Below, piece by piece: positions 1 to 12,385 of a stretch of 48,602 bases of DNA; within the stretch, counting starts at the first letter, position 1; each line of letters begins with the position of its first letter. Position numbers and translations under genes: made by a program. The notes beneath the pieces were generated by a model. The model made no database searches. It was not told the DNA's origin and worked only from the letters and a program-made list of their open reading frames with translations. Source of the stretch: Conidiobolus incongruus B7586 (lineage: Eukaryota); contig JNEM01006243.1 in NCBI GenBank assembly GCA_000697335.1, forward strand, positions 1 to 48,602, written 5' to 3'.

Positions 1-171
1 TAGGTTCAATTAATAATAGATATAATTTATTAATTATTTTTAAAAAATATATATTTTAGTATTATATTATAAATAATTTAATAATAATTTAATTATTATT
101 TTTTTAAGTGATTTATTAATTTAATTGATAAAATAATTTATAAATAAACTTACAATAGAAATTAATTGCCA

Positions 172-1314
172 ATAAGATATAATCCAAAGGAAAACTTGAA
201 TTAATAATTATATAACAAATTTGGAATATTAATCATTTTATAGATATTTTGAATATATTAGTCGATATGGATAATTTAATTAATTTATATTATAAATGAT
301 ATATTTACATAGTTTAATATTAATTAATATAGTTAAAAATTTTAGAAAAAAATAATTATTAATAATAAAATAGAAGAATATATTGATATAATAAAAGTAA
401 AAAAAAGGAGCATATTTATGGGTGAAATTAATGATATCTATAATTGAAATAACTTTACTAATATAAATTAATTGATTATTTAAAGTCTGATATTAAATAT
501 AAAGTTATATAAGAAGTTTTATAATAATTTTTCAATAAAATAAAAATAATATAAAAACAATTTATTATTTATTTAATTAAAACTCATTTGACAATTTAGT
601 AGCCTTATACAATATAACTCTCTTTTGAGGTTTATTTAATATAAACCCTATTTTTATTAAATTAGATATAATTCATTATAAAATAATAATTTCATTCTTT
701 AATTTTTAAAACATCAATTAAAATATTTATAGCTAAAAGTAAATAATATTAATTTTTTACTGTTTAAAAAAATAAAAAATAGTTGAATTATTTATACTTA
801 ATATTATATATTACTTTATCTATATTAATTTATACTATATTTAAATTTTAAATTCTTTGAGTTATCTTTGATATTAAAATTAAAATTTTTTGAAACTTTT
901 AAAAATTGTATTTATAAATTATTTGTTGAATATTTTGAAAGAATATTGTTTTTGACTACCAGAGCCTAAGGTTAACTCATATATATTTAGACTTAAGAGC
1001 TTATTTAATAAAGGAAGAGAATACCTTTGGTGTATGGTAGTTATTTATATAAGCATTATATAAGCAAAATATAAAATAATTAAGGATATTTACATATAAA
1101 CTTGGATTAAAAAAACTTTCAAATGTCTTTAGTATTATATGGGGACAAATCAAAATATCAATGCTACTAGAATATATTTTTTATTATCTGATATTTAGTT
1201 CATTCAGTCTTACAAGGTTGGTGTAGGGGCTTACTCCAACGGTGTCTCTGGACTCCATGCTGGATTTGGATGAGGGCGATCAAATTGATTAACTTGGTCA
1301 AGTTTAACTATAAG
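172..1314 (+). mobile_element. Degenerate Fanzor2/TnpB (IS607/IS200-605-derived) element relic, copy 1
   Basis: + strand reads N-K-G-R-E-Y-L-W-C-M-V-V-I (from 1007), K-H-Y-I-S-K-I-*-N-N-*-G-Y-L-H (1051-1095), K-L-G, and K-T-F-K-C-L-*-Y-Y-M-G-T-N-Q-N-I-N-A-T-R (from 1112). Reverting mostly G>A/C>T changes gives NKxREYPWC..EHYTSKTCGNCGYLH.KLG..KTFKCPQC....DRDINAAR, the TnpB/Fanzor Zn-ribbon + RuvC-III signature. Weak N-terminal remnant IRYNPK...FG at 172-225. The left boundary is uncertain and may lie outside the window. Confidence 0.8.
1200..1314 (+). ncRNA. Candidate omegaRNA scaffold / transposon right end of Fanzor relic 1
   Basis: GC-richer non-coding segment directly after the RuvC-III remnant, homologous to 21525-21640. 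Hairpins GTTGG..GTA../..TAC..CCAAC (1217-1240) and AACTTG-GT-CAAGTT (1291-1304). Confidence 0.5.
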
Positions 1315-4166
1315 TAAATATAATTTCAAAATTATTTATATTCTTAATTAATTAATAATATAACAATTTAATCTTGACTTTATTATATTAATCACTCATA
1401 TAAAATACTTCCATTTAAAATTAATAATTTATTATGATATAAATTATAGCTAGTATTTAATAAATTATGGTATTTATTATGACTTGGAACATTTATGAAT
1501 TTAATGGGTACTATTGGCATTAATTCTTCAGAAATCACATGATTATATCTATCAACTGCATAATTCCGCAATATTAAAATTTGCAAAATGATTTTTAGTT
1601 GAATTAATGCTCTTGTGATTTTTGAAATGCAAAAGGTGCAACTTAAACCGTTCAAATTAATCAATTCAAGTAAAATTTTAAAACATCGATTATATCTAAA
1701 TATTCAAGTATCAATAGATATTTTTAAATACTTTGTTAGATAAAACCTTGAATATAGTTTAAAATTTTAAATAAATATGCAAAATAATGAATTCTTGAGG
1801 TTCAATGGATTTTTGTAATTACGTTAGTTGTTAATTTTTAAATTGGTCTATTCACAAGTAAAATAAGTTGTTTGGACTAAATTCTCAATAGAGGTTAAAC
1901 AACTAGATAAATTATAATTGAAATGGAACGATTTCTTTTTGAATTGAAAAATCTCAAACATTAAAATGTATTAGCAAATCCACAATGCTTCGGTTATATG
2001 AAAGATGCTTCGGAAAATATAAAGTATATACCCATTAATACATTTCAATTCATCCACAAGTCTTGGATATTTAGTCAAATATGTTAATTTTCATTTAAAT
2101 TTATTTATACCGAACAAAAATATTAAAAAAGCTATACCTGTCAAAAGTTAAATATGCAACCAGTAAAATGTTAAATGACTAGTAAATGATATTAAAAAGA
2201 GTACCAAATGGTTGATGATCTTTATCAGTTTATAATAATGAATAAATATTTAATTCAAAGAAAATTATCTCTCAAAAATTCCATCATATTGATCAATCGT
2301 TTAATTATTCATTAATGTGTAAAAATAAAAGAGATATATCAGTAAGTTATTATCAATTTCAAATGATAAAAAACAATAATAAAATGTATTAAAAATAGAA
2401 AATGGATTCTTATAAAAGGTTATAGTTAAATATAGGAGATAATTTTAATTAACTAAATAATAGATTCAGAGAAGTATTTAAATTAAAAACAGGGTTGTTG
2501 AATTAGTTAAATTGAGTGGTATTTTATTTTATCTCTTTTGGTTTATTACGTAAATTTAATGTAAATCTTTTCAACTGAAATTTCCAATAGATGGTTAGTA
2601 AAAGTGATAATTCATGTATAATGAATGATTTTTCCAGAAGTTATGTGTTTTGTCTTCTTAATTGAAAAATAATTGTTCATCTAATTCTCTATTATTAAAC
2701 TGATATTCAAATATTGAATAAATTTAGAGTAGAAATTGATTTTAGCTAGCGAATTTACCGATAAAATCATTAAAGTCAATTTTCAATTGAAAATTCCTTT
2801 TCGTAATTATAATATTATGCTTATTAAATTATTTAGTTAAATTCAAAAGCAATTGGTACTGAAACATCCTTTCAAATATTTAATAACATTATGTAACAGA
2901 AATCAATATAATATATGTTTTGTTATCCATCGCCTCTATCTGATTATGTTTGAATTTTCAATAATAACCAGTACCAACCAACAGTTACTTACCAATATTG
3001 GTAAGTTTTGGCCACCAACTAACCAGAATTCGCATATGTCAGGTAAATATATTAAATTGCAATTTTATTTCTAAAAATCCATGCTAAATTATATAACAGT
3101 TGATTGATATAATTTTACCCAATCATTATTTCCAAGTTGATATAATATTAACATAGTATTGATAATATAGAATTTTATTATTTTCAATGATATTAAGTAT
3201 AATAATTGTTATATTAGAGTAAAATTTATCTATATGATAATAATTCTAAATAATTATATTAAAATTACTAAAATTAGCAAAATTTTATCAATAGATCAGA
3301 GATTGTAATATAGTTATAGTCCAATGAATACAAGAGAAATATTAGCTTCTAAATTTTTAGTCAATTAATCACCTCAATAAATAAAACAAAGGTGTGTGGT
3401 AAATGATACTAATATTAATATAGTACTATTAATCAAAAAGTGTATATATGATAAAATCTAATTCGAAAAAGGGAGAGCTTAAAAAAAATTCAGTTCAAAA
3501 GGAGAGATTCATATTGTTCAAATCTAAATTATTCAGTATCAAAGGATTAAAGCAGCTAAACGGATGAAAATTATTTAGTCTCAGACTAGACCCTGAAAAT
3601 CTTAGACCATTTTAGTCCAACATCTTGACTAATAAGCTATACAATTCCTATAGGAAATCGAATTCAGGAAGTACATTAAATAACATTTAACTATTTTTAA
3701 TATATGTAGCATCTCCTATATTCCAATGTTGTACCCTTTATTCTTGTAAATATATGTTTCATAAATTTATTTATCAATTGTATTCCTTTTAAGTTAGTCC
3801 AATTATTCTAATTATATCGAGTTTCGATTTAATAATATATTTTAATATATTGAATCCAATCATATCGAATGTATTCATTCCCAAATATTTTACTTCTCCA
3901 CACTTAGATTGCCTAATTGGGAGACTATGATTCTAAATCACTGAATTTATGAGTGCATTTGTCACAACATTTTGAATTTTATATTTGATGCCCATTGTTA
4001 TGTTTATCAACTTGACAGGAGTAGGTAAGGACTAAACACATCATGAATTATGAGTTCATCTTAATTGATGGTATGGGTGTAAAATTAAATTGGTTTAAAT
4101 ACTACCTCTCCGTCATGATAGTTGAATCAAATTAGTTTGATTTGTATAGTCTAAACTTGAATTAAA

Positions 4167-4976
4167 ATGGAAAGTCATCAATTGAACGATACTGAATACT
4201 TGAGCGAACAACAAATGCAATGGTTCAATAGATTGTCAATGGATATGTGTAACAACGAATGCTTTCAAAGTGTTCTACCTGACTTCACTGCCATGAGCGG
4301 TAGTGCAAATTACTTTGATCCCTTCTTATTACAAACTCAATATCTTGCTGCACAAGGTTCTCCAGTGCTATTCCCTTATCAAAACAATATGTCAAGCGAA
4401 TTCCTCAACAGCCCAATCTCTCCTTCTGGAAATACACCCTGCTTTACAGATTATTCTTTCTCATCTCAATGGCCTCAATCTCCACTTTCTTCAAGCAGTT
4501 TTGAGCTTCCCATCTCTCAATTCCCTTGGGATCCTACAATGTCTCCCACCTTCCAACCCTCATACAGTGAAGTGAGCATGGATATGAGCTCAATGAACTC
4601 ACCCCCTATGATGTATTCAGATGCTCCTCTAACTAAAGTATCCACATATCCTTCGAATACTCGCAACCCTTCTCCACCTATAATTGGCCAATTCAATATC
4701 ATCTCCTCTGATTTATGCCCTCGTCCATACACATGTCAAGTTCCCAACTGCCACCGTAGCTTCAAACGCAGTGAACATCTCATTCGCCATCACCGCTGCG
4801 TGCACACCAACTTAAAGCCCTATAAATGTAAATACCCAAGTTGCAAAAAGACCTTCTCCAGATCCGACAACTTACACCAACACGAGCTCACTCATACGAC
4901 AAAATCTTCAAACAAGAAGAGTAAGAAGGAGATGGGTACTAAGGAAGGCTTTGACAAATTCTCCCTTACTGCCTAA
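4167..4976 (+). CDS. C2H2 zinc-finger transcription factor (two fingers, Ser/Pro-rich N-terminus)
   Basis: RPYTCQVPNCHRSFKRSEHLIRHHRCVH-TNLKPYKC-KYPSCKKTFSRSDNLHQHELTH. Single 269-aa ORF. Confidence 0.93.
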   Translation: MESHQLNDTEYLSEQQMQWFNRLSMDMCNNECFQSVLPDFTAMSGSANYFDPFLLQTQYLAAQGSPVLFPYQNNMSSEFLNSPISPSGNTPCFTDYSFSSQWPQSPLSSSSFELPISQFPWDPTMSPTFQPSYSEVSMDMSSMNSPPMMYSDAPLTKVSTYPSNTRNPSPPIIGQFNIISSDLCPRPYTCQVPNCHRSFKRSEHLIRHHRCVHTNLKPYKCKYPSCKKTFSRSDNLHQHELTHTTKSSNKKSKKEMGTKEGFDKFSLTA

Positions 4977-6966
4977 AACGAGGCACTTAAAAACTCAAAC
5001 TACAATTAATCTAATATGATTAGATTAACCTCAAAAAGTTAGTAATTTATTGACTCTGAACAAAACCAAAAGTTCATAATCCAAAACTTACTAGAAAATC
5101 ATATATCAATAATGTATATATGGCCCCCCCCCAAAAAAAATTATATTCAAATATTTCCATCTCACTAAGTTTATCCTTCCAAAAAACTTTTTAATTAATT
5201 TAAAAATTTATAAAAATAAAAATTAAATAAAATAAAATAAAATAAATTTATAAATTTAATTAATTAATTTCCTATTTTTTATTAGTTAATGGTTTTTAAA
5301 AATATTCATGTAAATTTTTTAGGGGTTTTCAAAATTATATTCAGGTTGAAATTAGACATTGGAAAGTGTCTAGAATTAAAGTTTGGTTATTTTATTTGGG
5401 TTATTATTTAAGATACAATTTTGTTAGCTAAATGGGTCAATATTATGAGCTTAATGTTCGTTATTTAAGGATTTTTATTATTTTTAAATTCTGATAGTCA
5501 GAATTTACCACTATGATTACATGCTTTAAGTTCAAAATATAGTTTTAGTTCTTCGTTTTGCACTATTAGAAATAATGTATATCAATTACAATCAATTACA
5601 TGGATTTTTTTACAAATATGAATTTATATGCATATTATATTTGATAATTAATTAATTTAAAACCCAATATACTATATGAAATTTATTTAATATATATATC
5701 TAGATATAATATCCATTAAATTAAATTCATCAAATCAATTTATCATAAATTTTTAATCAGTTTAAAACAAATACATACCATAAAAATAATATTACTAAAC
5801 AATTTTAAACCATAAAGAGAAAAAATGATTTCATTATATGATCATAACGCTATATTATAATTAATCGATTTAAGTGTTATAGCACCCTATAACAATTATA
5901 TTGATTTAACTACTTTCAAATTATTCAATTTATTTTCATAATCTATAAACTGTTTCACATCTACCTTACTCAATTATTCATTATTAAGTCTTAATTAAGT
6001 AATATATAGGATAGCCTAATTAATCAATTTAATAAATATATATATTCATGAAAACCAATCAGATGATAGAATTTCATGTCATTGAATTATAAAAAAGCAT
6101 TTTATTTACTTGCATTTAATTGATTATATAAATTCAATATAAATAAAATAAATATATATTTTAATCGAATTAAATATATATTTGCCAATTGAGATAATTT
6201 ATAAGGAACTGAATCTATTTCTAGTTAGTATAAAACGAAATTAAAACCAATATTTATATATTACAACTTTTTAGTGTCAGTTACGGATCTTAATGGGCTA
6301 AGATTTAATGATTCATCATTCATTGGCAATATCACTATCCAATTGATTTAATTTTTAAATTATTTGTTATATAATAGCTTCATTAATGTGTGTAGATTAA
6401 AATTAATAATATTTACTTAATTCCTGATTGAGTTGACGAATTATTTGATTTTACTAGAATTAGTTTTATCCCATAGTTTGAATCTAATTGAATTTAGATA
6501 TTATTTATATTTCAAGTATCCAATGTGAATAAATTGATATTCAATTTTAAATTGTAAAATTCTTAAATATAGTGTTATGTAATCAAATTGAACTTATATA
6601 ATGTAATTTAAAATTTTTAAAAAAAATATATTTTGTAATAATCATTTAATTAATTTTTAGGAGGAAATTTTGACTAATTATTAAATGGTATCTATAATAA
6701 ATTAAAGGAAATATAATTATAAAACATTGTTGAATAATAAAATTAGAAAATGACAGTAAAACCTATTGAGCATGGTTTTAAAAAGAAAAATGAGTGTTTA
6801 AAGATATATGATAAAAAAGAATAATTGAAAAAATAAATTCAAAGGTTGATTAAAAACAATAAAATGATAAAAATAAAAAATTATCAATAGTTAAGTATTA
6901 AATCGAAATATGATGGAATGAATTGAATAAATCTAATTATAGATAATTTTAAATAATACGGAATAA

Positions 6967-7038
6967 TCCGATATGGTCCAGTGGTTAGGATTTCTCGCTT
7001 TCACCGAGACGGCCAGGGTTCGATTCCCTGTATCGGAG
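6967..7038 (+). tRNA. tRNA-Glu(TTC)
   Basis: Acceptor stem TCCGATA/TATCGGA, anticodon arm TCTCG-CT-TTC-AC-CGAGA, T arm CAGGG-TTCGATT-CCCTG. 72 nt, with a T-run downstream. Confidence 0.96.
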
Positions 7039-7593
7039 TCCGGTATTTGTGAATTGGTTTCTTTTTATTTAAACTATATTACAATTTTATATTTAATTAT
7101 TTTATTACTACCCAACTTCTATTTATCAACAATTATTATTTTAACCAAACTTTTTATTTATTTCTAGATATATTTTTTCAATAATATTGTCAAATTTCTT
7201 TTTTTGCAAGATATGAATATTCATTTATTTTACTAATATCTAATTTTTTATATCTATGTCTAGCTATCTTCTCAAATATCAATTAGTCAATAACCGACTA
7301 ACTCTAATATTTATCTTAAATATTAGTCCGATTTAAGCAATTGTCTTTTAGGGGTTTTTGGATAATTTCTAGATTATACAAAACAATATGATTATGAATT
7401 ATACGTTATCAGTCAAAGCTTTAGTATGCTAATCAATGAATTTTCTTGTAAATATTGTAAATGCAGACATTTGAAATATTCATTATTTAATTTAATCAAA
7501 GAAAAATCAATCCCATAATATCAATTTATCCCATATAAATTTCATTTGAATTGGACTATTATCCCACACATATCCAGACAATTCTCCCCAAAA

Positions 7594-8056
7594 ATGGACC
7601 AAGATAATTTTACTAACAATAATATATCAATAGTTGATAAGATCCTAAATAATTCAGAATTCGACGATCTCCGATTAAAACTATTTCAAAAGTTTGAAGA
7701 TGAAGTAACTTACGGTATCACTTATTCATAACCAATATTAACTTAATCGATAGGAAAACAAAACCAATTTAATAACTCAAGAACTTAAAAAAATAATGAA
7801 CGAAATTAAATATAAACATCCGGAATGGTTTGATAATTTTAACCTCTATAATATTCAAATTTTTAATGAGTTTGATAACTTAGTTCAAGAGTAATGAATT
7901 TAATATTGATTAACATATGACTAATAAGGTTTAAATAGTGATCATGTTCTACAATTGTTAGAGAAAGAATTGTGGAAGTTAGTTCAGTCTAAAGAGATGG
8001 TAGATAGTTTATCGGATCTAATCCACAGGAATAGTAGAAGTAATAATAGAAGTGAT
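7594..8056 (+). CDS. Small 3-exon protein, Shg1/BOD1 (COMPASS-associated)-like
   Basis: Exons 7594-7704, 7754-7890 and 7939-8056 splice in frame via GT-AG introns. N-terminal SEFDDLRLKLFQKF resembles the Shg1/BOD1 G.FD.LR..L...F motif. The family call is tentative. Confidence 0.55.
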
Positions 8057-8345
8057 TCTTTATAATTTTTGTAATAATGTAAATAAATAATACTTAAATT
8101 TTATTAGATTATTTTTAGATTAAGTCACATTTTCAATCAAATTTTATATTTTAACTCTCAGTATTTTTGATAACAGAATAATTTTCATTAAATATAAATT
8201 AAAATTAATTATTTATTTAATAAAATAGTTTAAATTTATAAAAAAATAAATTATAATACCAATATTTTATCAAAAATACTCTAATTTACAAAATAAATAA
8301 CCGATATAAAATTGGATTTATTTAGGAAAAAAATTATTTGATTGA

Positions 8346-9590
8346 TTATATGACAGATTGAGGACCGGAAGTTAGAGGTAATGCAGGTTTTAAAGATCTC
8401 CAAATCCTTATTAAAAAGCTATTATTATCTTTGCCTTGGGAGTTGGTATACTTTTGAAAGCTTGGACTAAGGAGACGACGTCGACTCCACCAAATAAACA
8501 CTAAAGTGAAGAGGATGAAGGAAACCGTCGTCCTATAGAGTGGCGTCATAGTTTGTACACGGTGGTAAATACTGTCAGAGAACTGTCGGAATTGTACAAA
8601 GTACGAATTGGAATTGGTGTGACTTCTACCATCTGACGGTTTGTAATTGGGTGGAAGCTTCTTACCCTGATAAACTTGTGGTTTGGGTGTACTGAGCTTC
8701 GATACGAGCTCATTCGATCCCAGGGGATTAAGTAAAGAATTTGTGGATTTCTTTAAATCATCTTGTTTCTTCTTAAGTTGAATTTGCTTACTTTTTTCAA
8801 TTAAATTCTTCCTTATAATCTGTTTCAATCCCTCAGTCAATATCATATCGTTCTGGATAATCATTTCAGCTTCTGAGTACTTCTCCAAAGGACATAATAT
8901 GAATAAAACTAAAGAACTTGAAATAGCTTCATAACTAGCTTGTAAACTTGGATCTAACTCGATTTTTTGGGGAGGTTGCTCAGGTGAAATTTGTTGAATT
9001 ACGAGCTTGTGAAATGAAGATAGGTAGTACTTGGCAACGTGTTCTGCAAAGTTAATTTGACCTTGTTGAATTGAAACCACAATGCTAAACCTCAAATATC
9101 AATCTCTCACTTCAATAGTATATTAAAAAAATTCTTACCAAGTTAAAATAATGTCGTCAGGTATTAAATAAACATGGTGCCAATATAAAGTATTTAAAAT
9201 TGTAATAACATGACTCAAACTCTTCTTTAAATTCTTGACCAATTTGCTAAAATTTTCAACTTTGACACTCTCTCCAATCTCTTCAAAGCAACTGGCATCA
9301 AAATTGTCATTAGTCAATTTCAACTCTTCTTCATATATCTTGTACAGTGTGGTAATTTGTAAGCACCAACTCTTATTCCACAAATCACGATACTGTTTCG
9401 TACGCTCATCAGTTTTAAGTTCTCCGACTATTTTTTCAACGATATCAACCGGAAATGAGGCAATGAGGTCGATATTACCTTCCCACACTTTATCAAATTG
9501 TCTATTAATCAATTGGTTTACAAGTTTTTGGTAAGTTAGTTGAATATGTTCTAAAATGTCATTTTTGTTTTGATGATTAATTCCATTCAT
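8346..9590 (-). CDS. Tail-anchored membrane protein, Pex26-like peroxin (2 exons)
   Basis: Exons 9590-9139 and 9084-8346 joined by GT-AG intron 9138-9085 (IILTC/IVVSI). Helical N-terminus with IPDDIILTC..YL and LFILCPLEKYSEAEMII, then a C-terminal TM (VSFILFTLVFIWW) followed by RRR, as in Pex26. Confidence 0.6.
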
Positions 9591-9993
9591 TATTTAGTTT
9601 TTTAGATTAAATGATCAAGTTGTAATAAAAGGTTAATTATTTTTATATATATTTATTGTGAATGGGTAGTGATCACATTTGACTGGGTCATTATTTGTTC
9701 ATATGATATTTGGTTCCATTGTTGATTTTATTAGATTTTATTTATTTATAAAATTGGAATAATTAAATAGTATCTGATAGATTTATTATATCCTGAAAGT
9801 CGAAATAAACAATGAGAATATTCAGTTTAATAGCAGTATTCAATTCTAAAATGTATTAATTTTTAGTTCATTATTTTTTATAATTCATTATTATAAACTC
9901 AATTGGGGTAATTCTAGGATAGAGATCAATTTCAAAAAATTCTAGTTCAAAATTTCTAAATTATAATTAAAAGTAATATGAATCCGAATATTG

Positions 9994-10020
9994 ATATATA
10001 TATATATATATATATATATA
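9994..10020. repeat. (AT)n microsatellite
   Basis: About 13 perfect AT units. Confidence 0.9.
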
Positions 10021-11223
10021 ACATTTTTACTAGTATAGACAGTGCTAAACAATATTTTATTTTTAGTGTTATAGGTAATTGGATTATATAGTCGAAATTC
10101 AAAAATGATTATAATATTCGATATATTAGTATTATATTATTAAACTTTTTTATCAACTATATAATTTTTTAATATATATTTAAACTTTGAACAGTTACTA
10201 ATATTTTTATTATTCAATTTATAACTTATTAAAGTAAGAAAATGTATAATAATCATCATATTCCTTTTTTATTTGGTATCAAAATAAAATCCAAATATTT
10301 ATTAAAATACATAAAATACTTAATTATCAAGAGTAATGTGAAAGTTTTATATCTAACTCAATCGTTAATTACAATGGACTGTATAAATTGTAATATAATC
10401 ATTGTCCTATAATCATATTTCTAATATATCTTTGATTTATATAGTAATTAAAATATCAAGTGATAAATATATCTATTTCAATTCATACAATTATTTCAAG
10501 ATAATGCTATTGAAAGTTTTGCACCTATAAATGAGTGATAAAAATTGAAATAAAAGAGGTAATAGAATGCTGAAGTTAAACGACATTGTCAATGTTAATA
10601 TTTGATATATATACTTTTAATTCCGTTATATTAAATTCAAGATATTTGGATGGATTTGGATAGTTGAATCATTAAATTCCCAAATTATAAATTTTTTCAG
10701 ATATAAACTGTCAATAAACAAAAAATTAATATATTACATAATATTCATCACATTTTCAATATAATTTGTGAATCAGGTAATTACCTCAAGTCAACTGTCA
10801 CACATTTCTCTAATTCACTCAATTAACTTAGCTATTGATTATCTTTTCTTTATCATATTTTGTGATTTGACTCACCTGTTCCATGATAATTTATAAAATA
10901 TTTCTCTTCTTCATTACAGTATATAAGCAGTCTTTATCTTATCTCAATACAAGACATCTTTGATAATAAGAATAAACAAGTTGAAAATTATCGTTATCTA
11001 TCCTTATTAATCAAATTTCGTCAATAGCATTAGTAGAGATTCAAATCAGTCCTAATTGTATTTCACATAGCCAATTTTTCAAATATATTATTCAAGACAT
11101 TACATCAAACAAGCATAAATTATAAGATATTATAATAACTTTAGGGATTTATATTTATAAATATTAATAAAATAATAAAAGAATGGGAAATGAACAAATA
11201 ATGAAAATAAATAAAATAAACCA

Positions 11224-11295
11224 AGATCTGCCTGAGAACCGAACTCAGATCGCAGGATTCAAAGTCCTGAGTGCTAACCATTACACCAGCGGAGC
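11224..11295 (-). tRNA. tRNA-Gln(TTG), atypical or possible pseudo-tRNA
   Basis: Minus strand: GCTCCGC-TG-GTGTAATGGTTAGCAC-T-CAGGA-CT-TTG-AA-TCCTG-CGAT-CTGAG-TTCGGTT-CTCAG-GCAGATC-T. D, anticodon and T stems pair. The acceptor stem has two mismatches and the T loop has G at position 58. Confidence 0.85.
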
Positions 11296-12385
11296 TCTTA
11301 TCAAAAGTTATTTTACACATCTATTAATTGAAATTAGTCCCCTTTGATTCTGATTATTTCAATAATTAATTGTATAAATCATACAATATATAATATTGAT
11401 ACAATCTTCACAGTCATAATCCATCACTTGTATATATATCAAATAAATATATATTAAAATCTTAATTTTTTACTAATAAATTTAATATCACTTTTTTACT
11501 AGTATTCATTATATTTTATATTATTTACTTCTATAATTTCAATATTTTTCTCAATTTAATTGATTACTTATAATCATGGTCATAATTTTATACCTTAATT
11601 TTACTAAGACTCAACATATCAAAAATCTCAAATACAATCATATTCTTTACTTAGCTTTTTTTTCAAAAAATGTCGTTAATATCGGCTATTTATCTGATAA
11701 AATTCTCAAATTAACTAGTCAAATTAATTTATGACCTATGATAATTATTATTGGTATCATTTAATGATATTTAAAATCACTATATACTTAGAATTATGTA
11801 CTGATATCTAGATTTATAATTCTAATTTTAAAGAATATATTTACATATAAATAGTTTGCTATTAATTCCAAAACAATATTGACATATAATCATTACCTTT
11901 CCACTTCATATTATAAATGTTTTCAACTTTTTTATATGATAATTTGTTTCTCATAATATCAGAATTATGATCTTAATTCTTTAACTGATAACTATATTTA
12001 ACTTTATTTGATTTCTTAAACTCACGAGTATAAAATATAAAATATTAAAAATATTTTGACTATTATTTGTATATGAATCATTATTATTAAAATTAATATA
12101 ATCTTTAATATTCGATGACACATGTTAAAATTCTATAAATTTGATTCATTCAACTTTTAATTGTTTGCCCCTTGAAATCAACGTCACAATAATTCTAAAT
12201 TAAGCTGTAAGTTGATTTTAACGAAAAATGATTCATCAAAAATTAAAATAATTATTTAACTTTATTTAAAATGATATCATCAATTCAATATATTTATCCA
12301 TTCATTCTAATATATTCCTTAATTTTCAACCCTATTAGAAAAATTGTTAAACTATAATTATTGTACAACTTTCAATCGATATTAT

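Noticed and set aside
1392..3074. Short ORFs at 1392-1664 (-) and 2853-3074 (+)
   Set aside because: Non-ATG starts, AT-biased residues, no motifs or splice support.
5006..5028. 10-bp inverted repeat TTAATCTAAT-ATG-ATTAGATTAA after the C2H2 gene
   Set aside because: Almost all A/T and plausible by chance. Bacterial-type terminators are not relevant in a fungal nuclear locus.
6973..7167. 64-aa ORF
   Set aside because: It overlaps tRNA-Glu and continues into AT-rich low-complexity DNA, so it is spurious.
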